DNA of 64,000 nt from Macrostomum hystrix (taxonomy: Eukaryota > Animalia > Platyhelminthes), in contig CATNEN010000002.1 of the NCBI GenBank assembly GCA_950097015.1, forward strand, positions 1 to 64,000. The letters run 5' to 3'. Position 1 is the stretch's first letter. Each line of letters begins with the position of its first letter. Of this stretch, positions 48,131-60,292 are shown one piece after another. Under the pieces are notes generated by a model. That model ran no database searches, was not told the DNA's origin, and worked only from the letters and a program-made list of their open reading frames with translations. Position numbers and translations under genes: made by a program.

Positions 48131-49451
48131 AATCATTCCTTTTAGACCTGTAGTTAGTTTGAAATAGCAGATTTACCATTTCCGAATTAAAGAACGACTT
48201 AGAATTGCAGATTTTAAGTAAAACTCTGATTTTTAACTATAGGATAATAACACCAATTAGGCTATTTTCAGCAGGTAATTAAAAAAAAAGATTAATTTAT
48301 TATTAATAGCAGATGTTAAGTAAAACTCAGGTTCATACCAGGTAACATTAAGTTAGAGCTCTGAGGTAAGCTAGCTGAAAAAGTGTGAGCTGTGGACTCA
48401 GTTGCTAAGGCTCGCTGACCTGAGGCCATAAAAGCGCCCGTGCGAGAACTCCTGTTAGGATTTTCTGGTTAAAAGTGAGATGGAGAGAAAACGAAAATGG
48501 ATTTCAACGGCTAACCGCCACTCACTTTGATACGCAAGCTCAGTTTCATTTGCGACTCACTGAGGCAACTGGGGACTAAATAGATGCCTTTTAGGGAAAG
48601 TGTGAGCAGCTGGCTTTTGCATCGCGAGCAACTGATTGGAATTGCTAAGCTTAAACTACAATTTCTAGCCACACTAGAGATTGTGTAATATGCAGGAAAG
48701 GGATATAGAGATAAGGAGATAAGGAGAGGGAGATAAGGAGAGGGAGATAAGGAGAGGAAGATAAGGAGAGGGAGATAAGGAGAGGGAGATAAGGAGAGGG
48801 AGATAAGGAGAGGAAGATAAGGAGAGGAAGATAAAGAGAGGGAGATAGGGAAAGGGAGATTAGGGGAGGGAGATAAGGGGAAGGAGATAAGGAGTAGGAG
48901 TAGGACATAGGTAAGGGATTTAGGGAGAGGGAGATAGTGAGAATGAGATAAGGAGAGAGAGATGCTAAAAGGGAGATGGAAAGAGGGAGATGGAATCGGG
49001 TAGATAAGGCGATGGATGGACAACAACGATTAAAACATGAACTACTTTGAAGTGGATTCAGAACGCTTGTAAAAGTGGGAATGTGCAATTAATAACATTG
49101 TGAATATATGACATTTTGATAAACAAGCAGTAGTTAGGGTGTGTCTTCTTGAGCAGGTTCAGCAGTTGCTCACGCCAGCTGTCAATCAAATTGCATTTCC
49201 GCATAATCCCTTAATCTGTCTAGACACATAAGCTCGATTTGAATTGCGGTCGAATTGGCATTCGGAAATGCTTGAGGAATGAATTCTCAGCAGATGCACT
49301 TATATCAGGGTCTCTAATATCTAATATCTCTAATAACATAATATCTAATCAATTTTTTGTGTGAGTCCACTTTAGGAACTAAAAAAATAACATTGAGGAG
49401 GTTGGCCCTCAAGGACGTAAATCACACGACATGTCGCCATGCTTTCTCTAA

Positions 49452-49526
49452 GCGGCTGGACTCGTGGTGGAATCGAACTCAGGGACCTCGGCGCGAGACG
49501 CGAACGCGTTAACCGCTCTGCCACCG
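49452..49526 (-). mobile_element. tRNA-derived SINE head (duplicate of 24020)
   Basis: A-box and B-box as in the first unit. Confidence 0.68.
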
Positions 49527-52500
49527 ACCCAAACGTTCTTAGAATTCAAGTAGAAGTTGGTCATTCGTGTGGGCTACTCAAATTGGATAGTTCCCATTCG
49601 TCATTTATCCCCAGACCAGAACCGCCGCCATTGGTTGGCTGGGTAGATGCAGTTGCTAAGCAAACCAACCTGATAAAAGTTGCTCCCAGCGCTGCAAACA
49701 AAGATTTGGCTGCCACACAAAAATTCTCCCCCGCGTACTTCCGGCCCAGCAACAGAGCCGAGCCAAGCCGAGCAAATCAAACGACAGATAATTGACGAGT
49801 TCGCCATTGTCAGTCGGCGTCGACAGGTAAGGCCAAGCAGACTTGTGGAATTAACGATGGATAGGGCAAAAACACTGGGCCAACATGCTGGGAGGAAAAG
49901 TTTTGGAAAGTACTTTAGGGAAAGGAGAATTAAGAGGGGATGGATTAGAAAGGAATAAAGAGAAGTGAGAGTAAGAAGATGTGAAATGAGTGGAAGAAAT
50001 GAGAGAATAGGAGAGGGGAGAATGGAAGAGGGGAGAATGGGAGAGGGGAGAATGGGAGAGGGGAGAATGGGAGAGGGGAGAAAAGTAGAGCAGAGGATGG
50101 AAGAGGGGATAATTGGAAAGGGGAGAATAGGAGAGGGGAGAATGGGATGGGAGAGGGGAGAATGGGATGGGAGAGGGGAGAATGGGAAAGGGGGAGAATG
50201 GAAGAGGGGAGAATGGGAGAGGGAAGAATGGGAGAGGGAAGAATGGGAGAGGGGAGAATTGGAGAGGGGAGAATAGGAGAGGGGAGAATAGGAGAGTGGA
50301 AAATGGGAGAGTGGAGAACGGGAGAGGGGAGAATGGGATGGAAGATGGGAGAATTGGAGAGGGGAGAATGTGAGAGGGAAAATTGGAAAGGGGAGAATGA
50401 AAGAGGAAGAATGAGAATGGGAGACGGAAGAAATATGATGGGATAAAATTGGAAGATAGGAGGAGATGATGAATTGGAAAAAGAGGAGAGAAGAGAGGAT
50501 TGAATGGTTATAAATGAGAGGTTAGTCAAAGGAGCAAATGATTATGCCGGTAGAAATTTTGCCTTGCCGGAAGCAAGACCCAGTAATAGTAGAGCTTGTT
50601 GCTCTGTTCCAAAGAAGATTATAGGCTTAGTAGGCCTGGCAATATCGAAACAAAAAAATCAACGGCAATTTTTCGCCCGAATTTCATTCTGAATCAAGAT
50701 TAAAAGATAAAGGAAAGACACGAACATTGCTCATTAAATAATATTATTCTATAGTTTCGTGTCCTCCATTTTGGGTCAACAGCCTTCTGTGTGCCTGTTC
50801 TATGTGCCTGTATGCCTGTCTGTCTGTTCTAATCATTAAATAATTATTACGAACTAAGAACCGAAAATACGGATAGAATTATATTTTAATGCAATCTAAA
50901 ATAGGAAAAGCAATGTAATATTAGCTCCGCTATTTCTTAATATTTAATGCCAGAATTATTCGTGTTTCTTAGAAACATCATTCATGATCGATCAGATTCG
51001 ATCAGTTCAATACTGCGTCCGCAATTTTCTCACGCAGTGAATTTGTCTCTACCTAATTTAGTAACTATCAGGCCGTGTCTCACTCCCGACTCCGGTGAAT
51101 CAAATGTTCTCTCACGATACGTGCTCACGATCCGATAAAGATAACAAAATAGAAACAAAAGTATACATATCGACTGAGCAGGAATTTGTTAGAAAGAAAG
51201 CCAAATTTTTGCCAGCCAAGTTTACTGCTGATTCGATCGTATTTTCCAAGCGATAGAAGAACATAGGACAACAGATATGGAGAGGGGACAGGAGATAAGT
51301 ACTGGGGACAGGAGATAAGGACTGGGGACAAGAGATAAGGAGAGGGGACAGGAGATGAGGAGTGGGGGGGCATGGGATAAGGAGAAGGGAGACAGGGAGA
51401 GGGAGGTAGTGAGAGAGATTCGGAGAGTGAGACAGGGAGGGAGAGATAAAGAATGGGAGATAAAGAGAAGGAGAGAGGGATAGGGAGATAGGGAAGAGGA
51501 GATATGCCCAGTTTTTCTGTCAAATGCGCGACTCCAGAAAATGATTTTCTTCAAATCTTCTTTTTCGAATTTTCCCGGTAATGAAGCCTCAGAATGCCCA
51601 TACATTAGAACCTCGTCTCAACTAACATTCGAAACATCGCCTAGCCATTTTTTATGGACGAAGACACGAAGACCCAAAACCAAACTGACTGACGTTCGCA
51701 TTCTCATCGATTGGAAGCCCAGCTGTCGAGTGATTCCGAAATGGAAAAGTACATTGATTGTCAATACTGGGTCATGCTGTTGCGTTTTCAATTAGAACTC
51801 GGTGGGAAATCATAGGACGACAAGCAGGGTAGAAATTACAGAATCAAGGGGGTAGATACGTAGCTGTAGGATCAGGGGGTAGTCAGATGAAGGATCAGGG
51901 GTACACAGATGAAGGACCAGAGGGTACACAGATGAAGGACCAGGGGATAGTCAGATGAAGGACCAGAGGGTACACAGATGAAGGACCAGAGGGTACACAG
52001 ATGAAGGACCAGAGGGTACACAGATGAAGGACCAGAGGGTACACAGATGAAGTACCAGAGGGTACACAGATGAAGGATCAGAGGTAGACAGCTGAAGAAT
52101 CTGGGGTTGAACAGTCGGTAAACAGTGACTTAACAGTCTTACAGACATAATTGCATCGTCCAATCACTAAAATGTTTTGACTGACAGCTAAAATCGATGC
52201 TTGGCAGTTAGCTGTTGCACATTCTGACAATACACCGTAGTCACTATTATATATGAAGATGCTAAATTCGTGTCTTCGCCCAGTTGAATGTGGTCTAGTT
52301 CCAGAATGCACCTCCAATTAAGTCTTTGTCCTGAAAGACTTACCTGATAAAAACCTATTGTGTTCTATTCAGAGCAGGTTCATTGTGCCAGGCTATAGCT
52401 TTGTTCCAACTTAGAAACAGGTTTTAAAAGTACTTTAGCAGATTCCGTCTAGCTAGCAGCGGACAGCAGAACTTAGCTATTAGTGTGTGTATCCACCTGT

Positions 52501-52777
52501 ATCCACCGATAATCACTATCTGCATTGCATTGATTGCAGATAAGCGTTTGTACTTTTCTCATGGGACGCAGGCTCATGTTATAGGACACTGGATCCGTCC
52601 ACTACTTACTAGCAGCAACGGAGATTGTAGTACATTTCGGCATGAGTTTCAGACTTCAGAATGACCAAGAGGTCGGGAGTTCGATTCTCAGCCAAATGAG
52701 AACTATTTGCGTCCTTCATAAGTATACCAAACTGCCTAATGAAATCAGTAGAGCACGTAGGTAGGGGGTTAGTCAGG

Positions 52778-52860
52778 TGGGTGGTGAATGGCAGAGAACG
52801 GTCTAACGCGTTTGCCTCTCGCAGCAAGGTCCCTGAGCTCGATTCCGCGGCGAGGCCACA
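52778..52860 (+). mobile_element. tRNA-derived SINE head (duplicate of 27493)
   Basis: A-box and B-box as in the first unit. Confidence 0.65.
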
Positions 52861-53167
52861 TTTTATTTGTGGTGCAGCCGGCGGAGAGAAGGCTTGGGGG
52901 CTTGTCATGCAACTACGCCCTTGAGTGCCAACCACCAAGTGACCTGTTTCAGCGAGTGCCTGCGTACAGTCTCCAAGTTCGTGTGTGCTCAGGAGTCAGC
53001 GAACTGGGGCAGAATGCATAGTGTCACCAAATTATGTGCCAGCAGCCCTCTTGCAGTTATTATTATCATTATTTTATTATTATTATTATGGTTCAGGCGT
53101 ACAATTCTATCTATCTAGCTGTTACCGCTACCATTACTGCTCTCTTGCAGACCATAGTGTAGAGTCA

Positions 53168-54826
53168 ATGGACACGCCGCGATTCAAGGATCTCTCCGAT
53201 GTGCTGCAGCTGCGCAAGCAGGGCCAGAGCATGTCCACCTCCGTACAGGCCACAACCACCCTGTGGCTGACTACAGTCTCCGTGTTGGGCATCGTTGGCA
53301 ACGCCCTGGTGATCATGTTCTTTTCCAGAAGCCTGAAAGATCTGCCCCAGAATGTCTACGTGATCGCTCTGGCAGCCCTTGACTTGGTCGTCTGCGCGGT
53401 GGTTATTCCGTCGACAATCTATCAGGACGTCTGGCTGGCTTCTAGCAGCGACCTGGGCTGCAAGCTGTTCAACATTCTCCGCTACTCTCTGGTTCCATCG
53501 TCTGCATTTTTGCTGTGCCTCATCGCCGTTGATCGCTTCGTCATCATCTGCTTCGTGCCGGGCATCCAGTCGACAAGGAAGAACTCGCTGCTGTACATCG
53601 GCCTGGTTCTGGTGCTGGGCTTCGCTCTCGGTGTTCCTGGCGGACTGACAACCGGAGCCAGCGTGCGCATCACCGTGGATGCCGCAGTCAGCAAGTTCAA
53701 TGGCGACTTCAGCGTCTCTCACTGTACCTCGGATTTCAGCATAATCTCAGAGTCGGTCTACAAGGTCTATCGCACAATGCTCACCGCAATTTTCTCCGTC
53801 ATGCTGCTCCTCCTGGTGTTTTTCTACGCCAACATTTTCTGCTTTGTCCGCAAGCGCCAGCAACGCTGGGCAAAGTCGCGCAGCTACTTGGCCTCCAAGA
53901 TGGAGCGAAGCGGCGGCAACACTGCCGAGCTCGGCGGCACCAAGGGTCGACGGTGGCTGCTGAACCGCCGCTGGAGCGCAGGCTATGGCGTCGGCGGCGT
54001 CGGCGGGCGCAACACGCGGCGTCTCCTGTCTGTGGGCCGTCTGGACGAGGTGACGGAAGTGACGAGCTGCACTGAGGCCAGGCGAGCGTCAGTGAACTTG
54101 CCACGCTTCGACCAGCCTGGCCAGTCATCATCCGAATGCCTTGAGACCGACATAGACGAAGCCCTGGCCGCCTCCTCACCGGTGAAAAATGCTTTCCAGA
54201 AGCGAATTTCGGAGGTTTCAGAACAGACCAGCTCAGCTGGCCAGGCTGCTGAGATCGAGGGTGCTGACGCCATCGAGCTCAGCGTGATGCTCAGTCCCAG
54301 CATGACGGACTGCGATTCGCAGTCGCGTCCCAACCGCATCAACTCGCTGGCCAGTGAGCACCTGACTCAGGCCCGACAGGACTTGGCCGAGCGCACGCGG
54401 AAGCGGCCCCACATCAAGACCGCCAAGGTGCTCGGCGTCATCACCTTCTTCTACGTGTTGTCCTACCTGCCATTCTTTCTAGTTTACAACTTTAACAAAT
54501 CGGTGAGCGAAGGCGTCACGGGCCGTTGGATGGTAGAGACGGGCAACTTCTCGGCAGGCAAGTCCATCGACGCCTGGCCAGAGAGGCACAACAGCAGCGC
54601 GTGGGCATTCAGCTTCGACTCAGCTGTCGCCGGCGATGATGTGAGCGGTGGCGTCGGTGGCGGCAGTGACAGTGAAGCGTCGGTCTATCACCAGGCGGTG
54701 AAGGTGATGTTCTATTTTTACTTCATCAATCATGGAGCCAATCCGCTGATCTATGGCTGCATGAACACCTATTTCAAGCAGCAGGTGTGCGCCCTCATTG
54801 GCTCGCTGAGGTGTCGAAGGAGGTGA
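53168..54826 (+). CDS. Class A GPCR, copy 2 (552 aa)
   Basis: Same 7TM motifs; 5 visible amino-acid differences from copy 1. Confidence 0.92.
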   Translation: MDTPRFKDLSDVLQLRKQGQSMSTSVQATTTLWLTTVSVLGIVGNALVIMFFSRSLKDLPQNVYVIALAALDLVVCAVVIPSTIYQDVWLASSSDLGCKLFNILRYSLVPSSAFLLCLIAVDRFVIICFVPGIQSTRKNSLLYIGLVLVLGFALGVPGGLTTGASVRITVDAAVSKFNGDFSVSHCTSDFSIISESVYKVYRTMLTAIFSVMLLLLVFFYANIFCFVRKRQQRWAKSRSYLASKMERSGGNTAELGGTKGRRWLLNRRWSAGYGVGGVGGRNTRRLLSVGRLDEVTEVTSCTEARRASVNLPRFDQPGQSSSECLETDIDEALAASSPVKNAFQKRISEVSEQTSSAGQAAEIEGADAIELSVMLSPSMTDCDSQSRPNRINSLASEHLTQARQDLAERTRKRPHIKTAKVLGVITFFYVLSYLPFFLVYNFNKSVSEGVTGRWMVETGNFSAGKSIDAWPERHNSSAWAFSFDSAVAGDDVSGGVGGGSDSEASVYHQAVKVMFYFYFINHGANPLIYGCMNTYFKQQVCALIGSLRCRRR

Positions 54827-55129
54827 AAAATAAGGAACTCGGAATTAGCTTTCATTCCTGTGAATCTTTGCTTGAAACACTTTTCTTTTCAAACTGTAGT
54901 TGAATATTTTATAAGTCTTGCATCATGCTAAAATCGTCTTTTTGTCGAGCTGAAGCGAAATACGAGTAAATACGAGTAAATACGAGTTTGATAAAAAAAT
55001 CTTCATAAAGTTATTCGTATTTTGAGACTAGGGGTCAAGAGATTTCTGTGAATATTTATTTTTTCATTTAAACAAAGCCATTTTTGTAGTGTACGAGCGC
55101 TATTGTCTAGGCCATGGAGGTAGCAAACT

Positions 55130-58100
55130 ATCCTTCCTATCCTATCCTATCCTTCCTTCCTCCTTCCTCCGTCTTCCTTCCTTCTCCTCACTCCTTCCTC
55201 CTTCCTCCGTCTTCCTTCCTTCTCCTCACTCCTTCCTCCTTCTCCCTCCTCCTTCCTCCTCCTTCCTCCTTGCTTCCTTCTCCTTCCTCCTCTTTCCTAC
55301 TCCTTCCTCCTTCTTCCTTCCTTCCTCCTTCCTCCTCCTTCCTCCTTCCCCCTTCCTCCATCCTCCCTCCTCCTTCCTCCTCCTTCTCCTTCCTCCTTTC
55401 TTCCTCATTCCTTCCTCCTCCTTCCTTCCTCCTCCTTCCTCCTTCCTTCCTCTTTCCTCCTTCCTTCCTCCTTCCTCCTTCCTTTCTCCTTCCCCCTTCC
55501 TCCTTCCTTCTCCTTCCTCCTCCTTCCTCCTTCCTTTCTCCTTCCCCCTTCCTCCTTCCTCCCTCCTCCTCCTTCCTCCTTCCTTTCTCCTTCCACCTTC
55601 CTCCTTCCTCCCTCCTCCTCCTTCCTCCCTCCTTCTTCCTCCTTCCTTCCTCCTTCCCCCTTCCTCCTCCTTCCTCCTTCCTCCTCCTTCCTCCCTCCTT
55701 CCTCCTTCCTCCTTCCTTCCTCCTTCCCCCTTCCACCTTCCTTCCTCCTTCCTCCTTCCTCCTTCCTCCTCCTTCCTTCCTTTCTCCTTCCTTCCTCCTT
55801 CTTCCTCCTTCCTCCTTCCTCCTTCCTCCTTCCTTCCTCCTTCCTCCTCCTTCCTCCTTCCTCCTTCCTCCTTCTTCCTCCTACTTCCTCCTCCTTCCTC
55901 CTTCCTCCTTCCTCCTTCCTCCTTCCTCCTCCTTCCTCCTTCCTCCTTCCTTCCTCCTTCCTTCCTCCTCCTTCCTCCTTCCTCCTTCCTCCTCCCTCCT
56001 TCTTCCTTCCTTTCTCCTTCCCCCTTCCTCCTTCCTCCTCCTTCCTCCTCCTTCCTCCTTCCTCCTTCCTCCTTCCTCCTTCCTCCTCCTTCCTCCTTCC
56101 TCCTTCCTCCTTCCTCCTCCTTCCTCCTTCCTCCTTCCTCCTTCCTCCTTTCTTCCTTCTCCTTCCTCCTCCTTCCTCCTTCCTCCTTCCTTCCTCCTTC
56201 CTCCTTCTTTCCTCCTCCTTCCTCCTCCTTCCTTCCTCCTCCTTCCTCCTCCTTCCTCCTTCCTCCTTCCTCCTTCCTTCCTCCTCCTTCCTCCTCCTTC
56301 CTCCTCCTTCCTCCTTCCTCCTTCCTCCTCCTTCCTCCTTCCTCCTTCCTCCTTCCTCCTTCCTCCTTCCTTCCTCCTCCTTCCTCCTCCTTCTTCCTCC
56401 TTTCTCCTTCCTCCTTTCTCCTTCCTCCTTCCTCCTCCTTCCTCCTTCCTCCTTCCTTCCTCCTTCCTCCTTCCTCCTTCCTCCTTCTTCTTTCCTCCCT
56501 CCTCCTCCTTCTCCTCCCTCCTTCCTCCTTCTTCTTTCCTCCCTCCTCCTCCTTCTCCTCCCTCCTTCCTCCTTCCTCCTTCCTCCTCCTTCCTCCTTCC
56601 TCCTTCCTCCTTCCTCCTTCCTTCCTCCTCCTTCCTCCTTCCTCCTTCCTCCATTCTTCCTCCTCCTTCCTCCTTCCTCCTTCCTCCTCCTTCCTCCTTC
56701 CTCCTTCCTCCTTCCTTCCTCCTTCCTCCTTCCTCCTTCCTCCTTCTTTCCTTCTCCTTCCTCCTCCTTCCTCCTCCTTCTTCCTCCTTTCTCCTTCCTC
56801 CTTTCTCCTTCCTCCTTCCTCCTTCTTCCTCCTTCCTCCTTCCTTCCTCCTTCCTCCTTCCTCCTTCCTCCTTCCTCCTTTCTTCCTCCTCCTTCCTCCT
56901 CCTTCCTCCTTCCTCCTTCCTTCCTCCTTCCTTCCTCCTCCTTCCTCCTCCTTCCTCCTTCCTTCCTCCTTCCTTCCTCCTCCTTCCTCCTCCTTCCTCC
57001 TTCCTCCTTCCTCCTCCTTCCTCCTTCCTCCTTCCTCCTCCTTCCTCCTTCCTCCTTCCTCCTTCCTCCTCCTTCCTCCTTCCTCCTTCCTCCTTCCTCC
57101 TTCCTTCCTCTTTCCCCTTCATCCATCCTCCCTCCTCCTTCCTCCTCCTTCTCCTTCCTCCTTCCTCCTTCCTCCTCCTTCCTCCTTCCTCCTTCCTCCT
57201 TCCTCCTCCTTCCTCCTTCCTCCTTCCTCCTTCCTCCTTCCTCCTTCCTCCTTCCTCCTTCCTCCTCCCTCCTTCCTCCTTCCTCCTCCTTCCTTCTCCT
57301 TCCTTCCTCCTTCCTCCTTCCTCCTTTCCCCTTCCTCCTTCCTCCTTCCTCCTCCTTTCTCCTTCCTCCTTCCTCCTCCTTCCTACTCCCTCCTCCTTCC
57401 TCCTTCCTCCTTCCTCCTCCTTCCTCCTTCCTCCTTCCTCCTTCCTTCTTCCTTCCTTCCTCCTTCCTCCTTCCTTCCTCCTCCTTCCTCCTTCCTCCTT
57501 CCTCCTCCTTCCTCCTTCCTCCTTCCTCCTTCCTTCCTCCTTCCTCCTTCCTCCTTCCTCCTTCCTCCATCCTTCCTCCTCCTTCCTCCTCCTTCTTCCT
57601 CCTTTCCCCTTCCTCCTTCCTCCTTCCTCCTCCTTCCTCCTTCCTCCTCCTTCCTCCTTCCTCCTTCCTCCTCCCTCCTTCCTCCTCCTTCCTCCTTCCT
57701 CCTTCCTCCTTCCTCCTTCCTCCTCCCTCCTTCCTCCTTCCTCCTTCCTTCCTCCTTCCTTCCTCCGCCTTCCTCCTCCTTCCTCCTTCCTCCTTTCCCC
57801 TTCCTCCTTCCTCCTTCCTCCTCCTTTCTCCTTCCTCCTTCCTTAATTCTCTTTCTTCCTTCCTCCTCCTTTCTCCTTCCTCCTTCCTTCCTTCTCTTTC
57901 CTCCTCCTTCCTCCATCCTCCTCCATCCTCCTTCCTCCTTCCTCCTTCCTCCTCCTTCCTCCTTCCTCCTTCCTCCTTCCTCCTTCCTTCCTCCTTCCCC
58001 CTTCATCCATCCTCCCCCCTCCTTCCTCCTCCTTCTCCTTCCTCCTTCCTCCTTCCTCCTCCTTCCTCCTTCCTCCTTCCTTCCTCCTCCTTCCTCCTTC

Positions 58101-59975
58101 CTCATTCCTCCTCCTTCCTCCTTCCTTCCTCCTCCTTCCTCCTCCTTCCTCCTACCTCCTTCCTTCCTCCTTCCTTCCTCCTCCTTCCTCCTCCTTCCTC
58201 CTTCCTCCTTCCTCCTCCTTCCTCCTTCCTCCTCCTTCCTCCTTCCTCCTTCCTCCTTCCTCCTTCCTCCTTCCTCCTCCTTCCTCCTTCCTCCTTCCTC
58301 CTTCCTCCTTCCTCCTCCCTCCTTCCTCCTTCCTCCTTCCTCCTTCCTCCTCCCTCCTTCCTCCTTCCTCCTCCTTCCTCCTTCCTCCTTCCTTCCTTCT
58401 CCTTCCTCCTCCTTCCTCCTTCCTCCTTCCTTCCTCCTTCCTACTTCTTTCCTCCTCCTTCCTCCTCCTTCCTTCCTCCTCCTTCCTCCTCCTTCCTCCT
58501 TCCTCCTTCCTTCCTTCTCTTTCCTCCTTCCTCCTCCTTCCTCCTTCCTCCTCCTTCCTCCTTCCTCCTTCCTCCTTCCTCCTTCCTTCCTCCTCCTTTC
58601 TCCTTCCTCCTTCCTTCCTTCTCCTTCCTCCTCCTTCCTTCCTCCTCCTTCCTCCTTCCTCCTTCCTCCTTCCTCCTTCTTCCTCATTCCTCCTTCCTCC
58701 TTCCTCCTTCCTTTCTCCTTCCTTCCTCCTCCTTCCTCCTCCTTTCTCCTTCCTCCTCCTCCTTCCTCCTTCCTCCTTCCCCCTTCCTCCTTCCTCCTTC
58801 CTCCTCCTTCCTCCTTCCTCCTTCCTTCCTTCTCCTTCCTCCTCCTTTCTCCTTCCTCCTTCCTTCCTTCTCTTTCCTCCTTCCTTCCCTCTTTCCTCCT
58901 CCTTTCTCCTTCCTCCTTCCTCCTTCCTCCTTCCTCCTTCCACCTTCCTCCTTCCTCCTTCCTCCTTCCTCCTTCCTCCTACCTCCTTCCTCCTTCCTCC
59001 TCCCTCCTTCCTCCTTCCTCCTTCCTTCCTCCTCCTTCCTCCTCCTTCTTCCTCCTTTCTCCTTCCTCCTTTCTCCTTCCTCCTTCCTCCTCCTTCCTCC
59101 TTCCTCCTTCCTTCCTCCTTCCTCCTTCCTCCTTCCTCCTTCCTCCTTCCTTCCTCCTCCTTCCTCCTCCTTCCTCCTTCCTCCTTCCTTCCTCCTTCCT
59201 TCCTCCTCCTTCCTCCTCCTTCCTCCTCCTTCCTCCTCCTTCCTCCTTCCTCCTTCCTCCTCCTTCCTCCTTCCTCCTTCCTCCTTCCTCCTTCCTCCTC
59301 CTTCCTCCTTCCTCCATCCTCCTTCCTCCTTCCTCCTCCCTCCTTCCTCCTTCCTCCTTCCTTCCTCCTTCCTTCCTCCTCCTTCCTCCTCCTTCCTCCT
59401 TCCTCCTTCCCCCTTCCTCCTTCCTCCTTCCTCCTCCTTCCTCCTTCCTCCTTCCTTCCTTCTCCTTCCTCCTCCTTTCTCCTTCCTCCTTCCTTCCTTC
59501 TCTTTCCTCCTTCCTCCTCCTTTCTCCTTCCTCCTTCCTCCTCATTCCTTCCTTCTCCTCCCTCCTTCCTCCTTCCTCGTCCTTCCTTCTTCCTCCTTCC
59601 TCCTTCCTCCTTCCTCCTTCCTCCTTCCTCCTTCCTCCTCCTTCCTTCCTTTCTCCTTCCTTCCTCCTTCTTCCTCCTTCCTCCTTCCTCCTTCCTCCTT
59701 CCTTCCTCCTTCCTTCCTCCTCCTTCCTCCTTCCTCCTTCCTCCTTCCTCCTTCTTCCTCCTACTTCCTCCTCCTTCCTCCTTCCTCCTTCCTCCTTCCT
59801 CCTTCCTCCTCCTTCCTCCTTCCCCCTTCCTTCCTCCTTCCTTCCTCCTCCTTCCTCCTTCCTCCTTCCTCCTCCCTCCTTCCTCCTCCTTCCTCCTTCC
59901 TCCTTCCTCCTCCTTCCTACTCCCTCCTCCTTCCTACTCCCTCCTCCTTCCTACTTCCTCTTCCTCCTTCCTCCA
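55130..59975. repeat. ~4.85 kb (TTCCTCC)n-like tract
   Basis: Pure C/T tract; replaces the ~550 bp unique segment plus ~1 kb tract of the first unit. Confidence 0.97.
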
Positions 59976-60292
59976 TTCGAAAAAACATTCCAAAAAACAA
60001 ATAACAAATGGCAAAATGTAACAATGACACTTTTCTTTCCTTCTTCCTCTTTTCTCGAAAAACATTCCAAAAAACAAATAACAAAAACAAATAACAAAAG
60101 GCTACAATGATACGCTATATTGTCATATTATATCATACCCATGCCTAATTACCACATACGTCTATTGACATATTCAATCAAATACTACTAATTGTTCCTC
60201 TCGTTAAAACTTCAAACGCATAAATAAAAGACCCTATTCACCGAAACACTCCTGCAAAGTCTCTGCTTCATCTACGCTCACTCACTGACGAC

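Noticed and set aside
55089-60110. Very long ORFs (up to 1673 aa) rich in P/S/F/L or E/G/R/K, here and at 19-1165, 12960-14354, 22270-23573, 30376-31684, 40222-41151
   Set aside because: They are translations of C/T or G/A satellites, which lack stop codons; open in several frames, no domain content.
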